Position numbers and translations under genes: made by a program. Shown here piece after piece: positions 7,132-14,471 of a stretch of 18,105 nt of DNA. The DNA is taken from the IMG/VR virus record IMGVR_UViG_3300045988_053095. One strand, 5' to 3'. How positions within the stretch are numbered: the stretch's first letter is position 1; each line of letters starts with the position of its first letter. The stretch is from a virus. The notes beneath the pieces were generated by a model. The model worked only from the letters and a program-made list of their open reading frames with translations, did not search any database and was not told the DNA's origin.

Positions 7132-7247
7132 ATTGTATCAACAACAGATGCACACCGAAAGCGGTCAGCGAAACCGATACATTTTCAGGCGGTACATTCA
7201 AACCGTGCTACCCTGAAATGGCGGTCGGTGAAACAACTGATGATACC
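7132..7247 (-). other. Structured non-coding segment between the packaging ATPase stop and the terminator (candidate ncRNA or structured 3' UTR)
   Basis: Four nested complementary pairs: 7135-7140/7241-7246, 7153-7157/7226-7230, 7180-7189/7212-7220 (one bulge) and 7190-7193/7202-7205. Also a direct repeat, gcggtc-nnn-gaaac, at 7161 and 7221. No credible ORF. Confidence 0.35.
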
Positions 7248-8282
7248 TTAATAAGATAAACTTTTGAGAACCGCTTCTTTGCACCGCAGGTCTTTGAAGC
7301 GGAAGCATCCACGCTCGAAGTAGTAACGGAGATTGAATAGGAACAAATCATTCCTCTTGAGCATGACATAATTCAGCTCGTGGTCGTCCGTCGTGACGGT
7401 GATTTTCAGCGGGAATGTTTCATCCGCTCTATCGTCACAATAGATAACACCAGCTTCCGCGAACTCGCGAATACCATACGTCTGGCCGTTATACTTCAAC
7501 GTAGCCATATATCGGCCAACACCTTGCGGACGGTCAACGAACGCCTTATTGTCGTTCAGATACACGCTTTCCGAAGAGTAAGCCACATAACTATTCCGAG
7601 CGAACGCCTTATTGAAGCCGCTGCTCTTCTGCGCGTCAGCGGCGCTCTCTACAAAGCCCTGTTCCAGAACGAAACCATCTCCACGCAGGAAGCGTGTTTC
7701 ATCCGTAAGGCGAGAGCTGATACCCAGCTCCACATAGTAGGGGTTGATAATGCTGACAGGGTTCGAGAGCATATAGACCGGAAGATAACGGTTCTGTTCG
7801 CCTTGTCCACGGGCCATAGAGGTATGAACGGAAATGAACTTCTTGATTTCGTTCGGGCAATAGGTATTGCTTTCACTCTGGAACTCGTCGAAGATAAGGC
7901 GCTTAACGTCAGAGAAGAAATGAGAGTTCTTCTTAACTTGGTCTGCGCTGTTGATACTCACGGCATAACCGCACGGCTCACCGTTCAGATAAAGCTCGTG
8001 ATAGATTCCCTTGGCTCTCTTCTTGGAAGTCATGGTGTAACCGTTGAAGAACAGCTCGCCAATGTCCTTGAAGAACTTCTCCGCGCAATCATCCAGCTCA
8101 TAGTTGTAACGATAAAGCAGGCCAAACTTCTCTCGCTTATCGAGGAAGCGGTTGACGACAAGTCTACCGAAGTAAGTAGTCTTACCACCGGTACGGTTGG
8201 TCGTACACATATAAATCTCAGGGCGATTGCCGTTAATGTCGGTCAAGCTCAGCAGCTTAGTTCCGTCGTAGTAGTTGCCCAT
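7248..8282 (-). CDS. DNA encapsidation (packaging) ATPase, phi29 gp16-like (344 aa)
   Basis: Walker A is TNRTGGKTT and Walker B is RLIFDEF. Size is close to phi29 gp16. TAATG coupling to the upstream ORF. Confidence 0.9.
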   Translation of the reverse strand: MGNYYDGTKLLSLTDINGNRPEIYMCTTNRTGGKTTYFGRLVVNRFLDKREKFGLLYRYNYELDDCAEKFFKDIGELFFNGYTMTSKKRAKGIYHELYLNGEPCGYAVSINSADQVKKNSHFFSDVKRLIFDEFQSESNTYCPNEIKKFISVHTSMARGQGEQNRYLPVYMLSNPVSIINPYYVELGISSRLTDETRFLRGDGFVLEQGFVESAADAQKSSGFNKAFARNSYVAYSSESVYLNDNKAFVDRPQGVGRYMATLKYNGQTYGIREFAEAGVIYCDDRADETFPLKITVTTDDHELNYVMLKRNDLFLFNLRYYFERGCFRFKDLRCKEAVLKSLSY

Positions 8283-8458
8283 TACTTCTTCTCGTCTGTA
8301 TGCTTCGTCACAAAGTAGAAGCTGATAACCATGCTAAATACAGTCATAAACTGTTCAGCTGTGATAACCCCCACAATGGCGAGATAGCAGAACACCCCAG
8401 AAAGGGCAAAAGCGATGATACTGCAAACATTGAACAGAGAAACGATTTTATCAAACAT
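8282..8458 (-). CDS. Holin candidate, two predicted TM helices (58 aa)
   Basis: The track start is 8536, but the internal ATG at 8458 follows GGAGAGGTGAG. Two hydrophobic segments and a charged C-terminus (TKHTDEKK). Confidence 0.6.
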   Translation of the reverse strand: MFDKIVSLFNVCSIIAFALSGVFCYLAIVGVITAEQFMTVFSMVISFYFVTKHTDEKK

Positions 8459-8672
8459 CTTTCTCACCTCTCCAAACCTTAGAAATTTTGATAGCGCCGA
8501 GAGCCATAGCTTCAATCTTAGAAGCATCAAGAACACAGGAAATCAAAGTATCAGGAACAGCCCCTTTAACCCAGAACGTGATAATCATGGAAACTATGAA
8601 AACTAACAGGAAAAGGGCGAGGATAACCAGCACCCTTTTACTGGTAGCAGACCGCTTAGTTCGCCGTCCCAC
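8451..8672 (-). CDS. Small membrane-anchored protein (73 aa)
   Basis: GTG start with AAGGA 8 nt upstream. Basic N-terminus followed by one TM helix (VLVILALFLLVFIVSMIITFW). Confidence 0.5.
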   Translation of the reverse strand: MGRRTKRSATSKRVLVILALFLLVFIVSMIITFWVKGAVPDTLISCVLDASKIEAMALGAIKISKVWRGEKDV

Positions 8673-8898
8673 TTTCCAAATCCTTGATTCGATTATTGGC
8701 TACCTTGATTCTCTCTTCCAGAACATCAATTCTGGTGTGGAGTTCGGAAATTTCTTTCGCGTCAGACGCGAGTGCGGAGACCTTTTTCTCCAACTCCAAC
8801 AGCCGGTATTCCACCAGCGCCGAAGATTTCCGATTAGCCATATATGAGCCGAGAATACTGGCGAACGCTGCAAATCCGGCTACAATGACACTTTCCAT
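8656..8898 (-). CDS. Membrane-anchored coiled-coil protein (80 aa)
   Basis: GAGGTG RBS 5 nt upstream of the ATG. N-terminal TM helix, then a heptad-rich helix (LLELEKKVSALASDAKEISELHTRIDVLEERIKV). First gene after the leftward promoter. Confidence 0.65.
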   Translation of the reverse strand: MESVIVAGFAAFASILGSYMANRKSSALVEYRLLELEKKVSALASDAKEISELHTRIDVLEERIKVANNRIKDLESGTAN

Positions 8899-8947
8899 GA
8901 TTGCACCTCAAATGAAATAAAGTTAAAGGCATAATCTATCTAATCAT

Positions 8948-8976
8948 ATTATAAATGCAACTTGACATTTTGTCAA
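8948..8976 (-). promoter_or_regulatory. Leftward consensus promoter (drives the membrane-protein/ATPase block)
   Basis: On the minus strand: TTGACA (complement of 8971-8976), 17-nt spacer, TATAAT (complement of 8948-8953). Confidence 0.75.
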
Positions 8977-8990
8977 GTACATATTATAAT
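8962..8990 (+). promoter_or_regulatory. Rightward consensus promoter (drives the structural gene block)
   Basis: TTGACA (8962-8967), 17-nt spacer, TATAAT (8985-8990). It lies 63 nt upstream of the scaffold gene ATG. Confidence 0.75.
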
Positions 8991-9052
8991 ATGTATAAAG
9001 GGTAAGGAAATTTGCCTTTACTTTATAATTTCAGAACGAAAGGAGTGACACG

Positions 9053-9370
9053 ATGCCGCAGTTAAACCGAGACGATTTCATGGCGCGAATCAATTCCAGA
9101 TTGGGCGATGATAACTCCGAAGATGCCCTGAACTTTATGCGTGATATGGCAGACACTTTTGATGGGTTATCCTCTCAGCCTGCCGACGTTGTTAGCAAGT
9201 CGGACTTCGATAACTTGCAGGGGCGTTATGACGAGCTTTCGAGAAATTATCGAGAAAGGTTTATGTCCGCGCCCATTGTACCGCAAGAACCTGAGCCGCC
9301 GAATCCTAATGATGAAGCGGAACAGAGAGCAAAGTCTATCGGCTTCAAAGACTTGTTCTCTACGAAATAA
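9053..9370 (+). CDS. Scaffolding protein candidate (105 aa)
   Basis: AAAGGAG RBS. Acidic and likely helical. It sits immediately upstream of the major capsid gene, as does phi29 gp7. The call is positional. Confidence 0.6.
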   Translation: MPQLNRDDFMARINSRLGDDNSEDALNFMRDMADTFDGLSSQPADVVSKSDFDNLQGRYDELSRNYRERFMSAPIVPQEPEPPNPNDEAEQRAKSIGFKDLFSTK

Positions 9371-9394
9371 TGTATTTGAAAGGAGAATGAAGCT

Positions 9395-10762
9395 ATGCCT
9401 AATAAGCCCGCTCTGGTCACTCTGACCAACAGCAGCGTGGACGTGCTGAACGCTATCCGCAACAGCGCTTCCATGAACTATCAGAACTATGTCCCAATTG
9501 CAACCCCCGACGCTGACAGCGTTCGCAAGATTGGCGCTATCATCATGGATAACGTCACTCTCCAGAATGAGTTTGTCAACGCCCTCGTCAACCGTATTGG
9601 CCGCGTTATCGTGACTTCCAAGCTCTATGACAATCCTTGGGCTTCCTTTAAGAAAGGTATGCTCGAGTTCGGCGAGAACATCGAAGAGATTTTCGTGGAG
9701 CTTGCCAAGGCTCAGCAGTATGACCCCAGCGTCGCCGAGAGTCAGTTCGCAAAGCGTGTCATTCCCGACATTCGCTCTGCGTTCCACATCCTGAACTACA
9801 AGAAGTTCTACAAGAACACCATTCAGAACAACTCTCTCCGTCAGGCGTTCCTGTCTTGGGACGGTATCACCGACCTGATTGCGAAGATTGTCGAGTCTAT
9901 GTACACAGCCGCGAACTATGATGAGTTCAACGTCATGAAGTACATGGTCGCTCGCAAGATTCTGGACGGGCGTATGTTCGTCAAGCAGGTTGACGCTGTT
10001 ACTGACGCGAACATGAAGTCTATCGTTTCTACGATTAAGGGTATTTCCAATGACCTCACCTTTATGTCCACGAAGTACAACGTCGCCGGTGTTCACTCTT
10101 ATACCAATAAGGACAACCAGTATCTCATCGTCAACTCCAAGTTCGAGGCCCAAATGAACGTCGAAGTTCTCGCATCTGCGTTCAACATGGACAAGGCAGA
10201 GTTCGCCGGTCACATGGTTCTCGTGGACAGCTTCGGCTCTCTCGATACTGCCCGCCTTGGCGAGCTGTTCAAGGATGACCCGAACTATGACGAGATTTCC
10301 GCTGACCAGCTCGCGGCTCTGGATGAGATTCCCGCCATCCTCGTTGACCGTGACTGGTTCATGGTTTATGACAACCTCGTTCAGTTCGATGAAATGTATA
10401 TCGGTGAGGGTATGTACTGGCAGTATTGGCTCCACCTGTGGAAGACGTTCTCCGTCTCTCCGTTCGCCAACGCCATTACGTTCGTCCCTGATACGCCGAC
10501 TGTTACCAAAGTGACGGTCAGCCCGACTTCCGCGAATATCACCGGTGCTACCGGCGGCACGGTTCAGGTGACTGCTACCGTTGCCACCACCAACTTCGCG
10601 CCGCAGGAAGTGACTTACACTTCTGACAATCCCGCTGTTACAGTGACGGCTTCCGGTCTTGTCACCGTTCCCGCAGGTACGGCTACCAGTAAGGCTAATA
10701 TTACCGCGACTTCCACGTTCGATACCACGAAGAAAGCGATTTGCACCATTACGATTGCATAA
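9395..10762 (+). CDS. Major capsid protein with C-terminal Big_2 Ig-like domain (455 aa)
   Basis: AAAGGAG RBS and high-expression codon bias. Size and position match phi29 gp8. The C-terminal ~85 aa (VTKVTVSP...VQVTATV...VTYTSDNPAVTVTASGLVT...) is a typical bacterial Ig-like group 2 domain. Confidence 0.88.
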   Translation: MPNKPALVTLTNSSVDVLNAIRNSASMNYQNYVPIATPDADSVRKIGAIIMDNVTLQNEFVNALVNRIGRVIVTSKLYDNPWASFKKGMLEFGENIEEIFVELAKAQQYDPSVAESQFAKRVIPDIRSAFHILNYKKFYKNTIQNNSLRQAFLSWDGITDLIAKIVESMYTAANYDEFNVMKYMVARKILDGRMFVKQVDAVTDANMKSIVSTIKGISNDLTFMSTKYNVAGVHSYTNKDNQYLIVNSKFEAQMNVEVLASAFNMDKAEFAGHMVLVDSFGSLDTARLGELFKDDPNYDEISADQLAALDEIPAILVDRDWFMVYDNLVQFDEMYIGEGMYWQYWLHLWKTFSVSPFANAITFVPDTPTVTKVTVSPTSANITGATGGTVQVTATVATTNFAPQEVTYTSDNPAVTVTASGLVTVPAGTATSKANITATSTFDTTKKAICTITIA

Positions 10763-10775
10763 AGGTGCCGAACAC

Positions 10776-10806
10776 AGAGGGAGGGGTTCCCTCCTCCCCT
10801 CCCTCT
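10776..10806 (+). terminator. Stem-loop after the capsid gene (probable partial terminator)
   Basis: agagggagggg (10776-10786) pairs with cccctccctct (10796-10806), with a 9-nt loop. Followed by aatttta. Confidence 0.6.
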
Positions 10807-10831
10807 AATTTTATAAGAAAGGAGAAACGGA

Positions 10832-12622
10832 ATGTCAGCTGTTGCACCTAACACAATAGTAAAATTTCTTAGGGGCGTCCCGCTTGAAGCGACGTATGAA
10901 AATACGGCATATTGGGATACTGCTACTAAAACAAAGACAGACCAAGCGGCAGCGTTTAATGGTTATGTCAAGCCTGATATGATTGACCCGACAAGCGGTG
11001 TTCAGTATAGTTTTATATTGAACAATCAAAGCTATCAGCGATATGGGCGCAACCAAATCAAAGTTCAGATTCCCATGGATTTGCTGCTTGATTGTAACTA
11101 TCTCATGTTCAACAATCAACGATTTGGTAACAAGTGGTTTTACGCTTTTATCACGCACCTTGAATATATCAGCGAAGTTGTAACGCTTGTAAGCTATGAA
11201 ATTGACGTGCTGCAAACATGGGCTTTTGATTACACTCCGAATCCCTGCTATATCGAGCGTTGTCATTCTGAGACGGATGACCCGGGCGATAATCTCGTCG
11301 AGGAAAATCTTGAACTCGGCGAATACATTTGGCAGCAAGACAGCTTCACCGTGCCGACAGGCTTTGACGAGCTTGATAAAATCGGGTACTTCATTTGCGC
11401 CCCTTGGATTGGAACCGTCACCACCGATGAACAGGGCGATAGAAAAGTTACGATTGAGAAAGACCAGCGTGGTATTTTCGTCTCAGGCATTTTCAATGGT
11501 GTTTATATCAACGCCTATGATAACCTGAATGACGCAAGAGCGGTTATTGCAGAAGCGGCAAGAACTCTGGGCGACCAGTCAACGGCTATCCTCGCTGTGT
11601 ACATTGCGCCATACAACGCCTATAAATTTGGCGAGAATTATGCGATGTATCTGAAAAACGTGACGTTTGATAGCGGGGCATATTCTGACCCCGATTCAAC
11701 TACCGGCACATACTTCCCGTTTAACGCAAAGCTATTTACATACCCTTACCGTGGGATTCTTGTGCAGAATGCTAATGGTGAGAGCCACATTTATCGCTAC
11801 GAGTTTTTCCGAAATAGAATCACTACACCGTCCGCGTGGAATTATAATTGCGAGTTTGAAGCGATTTGCGACCCCACACCAAACGGTACTGTATTTATGA
11901 TCCCCGTGAACTATAAAGAGGGATGGATAAAAGGCGTAGATTACCCGCCTGAATCCAAGGCAAAGATAACCTTTAACTGGCGAGAATCTATGACAAGCGG
12001 TTCTTATAGCCAGCTATCCTTTACGACGGATTCCTATACCAGCTATCTTGCTCAGTCTGGCGTGGTTCAGGTGCTTGATGGCCTTGGCGCTAATGTTAAC
12101 ACCTCCACCGGTCTTGGCGGTGGCACGTCAATACTGAATGTTTTAGGCAATGCTCTGAGTTCACTTGTCGGAGGAGCTATGAGCGCTATTGCCGGAAATG
12201 TTGCGGGTGGTGTGGTTAGTGGTGTTGGCGGCGTTGTCTCCTCGCTTTCTGAAAACTTCAAGGCGCAGAATATGCCGAATAGCACAATGGGCGTTTCCGG
12301 CTCGAAGCAGATTCCGATTGATTTCAAGGTTGGTACATTTCAGTTTTTCAACTTCCGAATCACAAAAGAGTACGCCCAAAAGCTGGACAACTTTTTTAGC
12401 CTATATGGCTATGCGGATAAGTCTACGAAAGCCCCGCCGAGACATAACCGAAAGCATTGGACATATTGCAAGACGCAGAACTGCACCATTAACGGCTCTA
12501 TTCCTGCCGATGACGAGCGTAAAATCTGTGACCTGTATAATGCCGGTATTCGGTGGTGGGTTAATCTCAATGAGATTGGCAAGTATGACACACTAATTCA
12601 GGACAATCATGTTCTTCCGTAA
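10832..12622 (+). CDS. Tail knob / distal tube protein, phi29 gp9-like (596 aa)
   Basis: AAAGGAG RBS. The segment GNKWFYAFITHLEY...YEIDVLQTWAFD matches my recollection of the conserved phi29 gp9 N-terminal region. Size is near the 599 aa of gp9. Confidence 0.85.
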   Translation: MSAVAPNTIVKFLRGVPLEATYENTAYWDTATKTKTDQAAAFNGYVKPDMIDPTSGVQYSFILNNQSYQRYGRNQIKVQIPMDLLLDCNYLMFNNQRFGNKWFYAFITHLEYISEVVTLVSYEIDVLQTWAFDYTPNPCYIERCHSETDDPGDNLVEENLELGEYIWQQDSFTVPTGFDELDKIGYFICAPWIGTVTTDEQGDRKVTIEKDQRGIFVSGIFNGVYINAYDNLNDARAVIAEAARTLGDQSTAILAVYIAPYNAYKFGENYAMYLKNVTFDSGAYSDPDSTTGTYFPFNAKLFTYPYRGILVQNANGESHIYRYEFFRNRITTPSAWNYNCEFEAICDPTPNGTVFMIPVNYKEGWIKGVDYPPESKAKITFNWRESMTSGSYSQLSFTTDSYTSYLAQSGVVQVLDGLGANVNTSTGLGGGTSILNVLGNALSSLVGGAMSAIAGNVAGGVVSGVGGVVSSLSENFKAQNMPNSTMGVSGSKQIPIDFKVGTFQFFNFRITKEYAQKLDNFFSLYGYADKSTKAPPRHNRKHWTYCKTQNCTINGSIPADDERKICDLYNAGIRWWVNLNEIGKYDTLIQDNHVLP

Positions 12623-12634
12623 GGTGGTGAATAA

Positions 12635-13531
12635 ATGGCAAGAAAACGCAATAACCGCGAGTTCTGGCAGAGCGCTTGTAGCAACGACAGAACGTTCCTT
12701 ATGTACTATAATCGCCTTACGGAACTCGCTACTTCCATGTTTGAGTGGAAAAACCTCCCCGACACGATTGACCAGCGATACCTTGAGCTTACCCTTTATG
12801 CCAAGGGACAGGCGGTGTTCTTCTATGACGGTATGCCCGCCGAGAATCCTCTCGGCTATCTCGCTCTCAACGTGGCTGCTTCCGCTCCGTTTAATGTGTA
12901 CGCTATACCCAAGGGCAGACGTGCGTATGCCATTACAGGTGCTCAATGGAATCTGACAGAGGATAATAGTGTTATCATTTATAATAACTATCTTCGACTG
13001 CCGACCATGTATGAAATGGAGTTCTATGCCCAGCGCTTGTGGGATTTAGACCGGACGATTGATATAAACGCCCGCTCGCAGAAAACGCCTATTCTCATTA
13101 AGTGCGAGGAAAACCAGCGACTCACCATGCTCAATCTCTATAAGGAGTATGACGGCAACGCTCCTGTTATTTTCGGCGACAAGAACCTTTCTCCAAACGG
13201 CTTACAGGTTCTTACGACTGGTGCTGAGTTTACGGCTGATAGAATCTATGAGCTTCGCACGAAGATTTGGAATGAAGCTCTGGAACGACTTGGAATCTCG
13301 GCGATTCAGCATAAGGCCGAACGACTGGTTCAGCAGGAAGCCGCTCAGGCTCAGGGTGCTACGGTAGCAAGCCGATATAGCCGACTGAAAATGCGACAGA
13401 TGGCTTGTGAGCAAATCAATAAGATGTTCGGGCTGAATATCTCCGTCGAGTATTCGCAGGACTACCAGATTATGGACACCGAGGAAATCGACGCAGAGAA
13501 TAAGGAAAGCGAGGAAGAGGTCGATGAGTAA
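12635..13531 (+). CDS. Portal (upper collar / connector) protein, phi29 gp10-like (298 aa)
   Basis: AAGGTGGTGA RBS. Three segments resemble recalled phi29 gp10: the N-terminal MARKR, FEWKNLP, and QKTPILI...YKEYDGNAPVIFGD. Acidic C-terminus. Confidence 0.88.
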   Translation: MARKRNNREFWQSACSNDRTFLMYYNRLTELATSMFEWKNLPDTIDQRYLELTLYAKGQAVFFYDGMPAENPLGYLALNVAASAPFNVYAIPKGRRAYAITGAQWNLTEDNSVIIYNNYLRLPTMYEMEFYAQRLWDLDRTIDINARSQKTPILIKCEENQRLTMLNLYKEYDGNAPVIFGDKNLSPNGLQVLTTGAEFTADRIYELRTKIWNEALERLGISAIQHKAERLVQQEAAQAQGATVASRYSRLKMRQMACEQINKMFGLNISVEYSQDYQIMDTEEIDAENKESEEEVDE

Positions 13532-14327
13532 GTACACAACGGAACTTCGCTTTATCTGTGAATCGCTCGCGGGGCAGACGGAAAGCCAAGGATATGACCA
13601 AGTGAATTGGATTATCGAACAGGCCGCGCCAAAAATTTTCTCGTTTGATTTCCCAATGTTCGATGAGAGCTATCGGAGTGTGTTGGAGAAGAAAATTCTC
13701 AAGCACTACTATACAAGAGAAATTGGACTGGAAACTTACGGCCTGTGGCAGCTCAAGCTCGACACCAAAATGAATGAAATCATGCCGTATTTCAATCAGA
13801 GGTATAAGAGCGAGACGCTGGAATTTAATCCTCTGTATGATTTCGACGTTACCCGTGACCACAAGAATCAGAAAGACGAGACCGGTAAGCTCGTTGGTTC
13901 GGCTACGAATACCGGCGAGAGCGCGAATACCGGCACAGTCACCGATGCTGGCACGAGTTCACAGACGGATGATAACACGGCTACCAGAAAGAACAAGTTC
14001 AGCGATACTCCGCAGGGCGCTCTTACCAATGTTGAGAATGGCACATACCTCACCAATGCGGAGATTGATGATACTCAGGTCAACAATCAGAGCGACGTTG
14101 AGACAAACAATACCAGAACACTTAACACCAAGAACGCCGTAAACAATGAGACTACCACCAACACGACCAACACCGTGAACAGCACCGAGGACTTCGTGGA
14201 ACACGTCAGAGGAAAGCAGAGTGGAACGAGCTATTCTAAATTGCTGGAAGAGTATCGTAAGACTATGCTGAACATTGATATGGAAGTCATTGATTCCCTC
14301 GCTGACCTGTTCATGAATCTGTGGTAA
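13524..14327 (+). CDS. Lower collar protein, phi29 gp11-like (267 aa)
   Basis: ATGA-type overlap with the portal gene. Position and size match gp11. Thr/Asn-rich low-complexity central region. Confidence 0.7.
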   Translation: MSKYTTELRFICESLAGQTESQGYDQVNWIIEQAAPKIFSFDFPMFDESYRSVLEKKILKHYYTREIGLETYGLWQLKLDTKMNEIMPYFNQRYKSETLEFNPLYDFDVTRDHKNQKDETGKLVGSATNTGESANTGTVTDAGTSSQTDDNTATRKNKFSDTPQGALTNVENGTYLTNAEIDDTQVNNQSDVETNNTRTLNTKNAVNNETTTNTTNTVNSTEDFVEHVRGKQSGTSYSKLLEEYRKTMLNIDMEVIDSLADLFMNLW

Positions 14328-14339
14328 GGAGTGATTGCT

Positions 14340-14471
14340 ATGGTTGAGTTAATCAAAGATTGCCCCATTCCAAATCCTACGCTTCCTGCCGCATATACCG
14401 ATTCGCTGTCTCTCTATGAAGAGATATGCAAATTAGAATATGAGAAAGGAGAAGAGGAAAATGCTATTTAA
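14340..14471 (+). CDS. 43-aa ORF duplicating the fibre-anchor N-terminal motif (possibly a vestigial gene fragment)
   Basis: AAGGAG RBS 8 nt upstream of the ATG; absent from the ORF track. Peptide TLPAAYTDSLSLYEEICKLEYE parallels VLPATYDATLSYYECLAKLTYK of the next gene. Both share the 10-mer gcttcctgcc (14381-14390 and 14511-14520). Confidence 0.4.
   Translation: MVELIKDCPIPNPTLPAAYTDSLSLYEEICKLEYEKGEEENAI

Noticed and set aside
7148-7216. 22-codon ATG ORF inside the ATPase-proximal non-coding segment
   Set aside because: It has no RBS, lies beyond the early-block terminator on the plus strand, and is very short.
7161-7243. Second hammerhead-like set of motifs: CUGAUGA at 7237-7243, GAAAC at 7170-7174 and 7230-7234, GUC at 7164-7166 and 7224-7226
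   Set aside because: A stem III can be drawn (ACCG 7173-7176 with CGGU 7222-7225). However, only 10 nt lie between the GUC at 7224-7226 and CUGAUGA, and they cannot form stem I. Using the other GUC gives no complementary stem I either. No consistent three-way junction results.
7380-8318. 312-aa plus-strand ORF
   Set aside because: It is antisense to the packaging ATPase, which has clear Walker A/B motifs. It has no RBS and no recognisable motifs.
8300-8920. Plus-strand ORFs 8300-8482, 8415-8606, 8488-8847 and 8684-8920
   Set aside because: They overlap one another and lack ribosome binding sites. The minus-strand alternatives have ribosome binding sites, clear TM helices and translational coupling to the ATPase gene.
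9167-10435. 422-aa ORF on the minus strand, the second longest minus-strand ORF in the window
   Set aside because: It is antisense to the capsid gene, which has an AAAGGAG RBS, a recognisable Big_2 domain and the expected synteny. The translation is low-complexity (V/L/N/R-rich) with no RBS. This is typical of shadow ORFs opposite codon-biased genes.
14437-14471. Possible programmed +1 frameshift fusing the 43-aa ORF to the appendage gene
   Set aside because: There is no slippery or known +1 shift motif in the overlap. A fusion would carry the anchor motif twice. The downstream gene also has its own AAAGGAG RBS and ATG at 14461.
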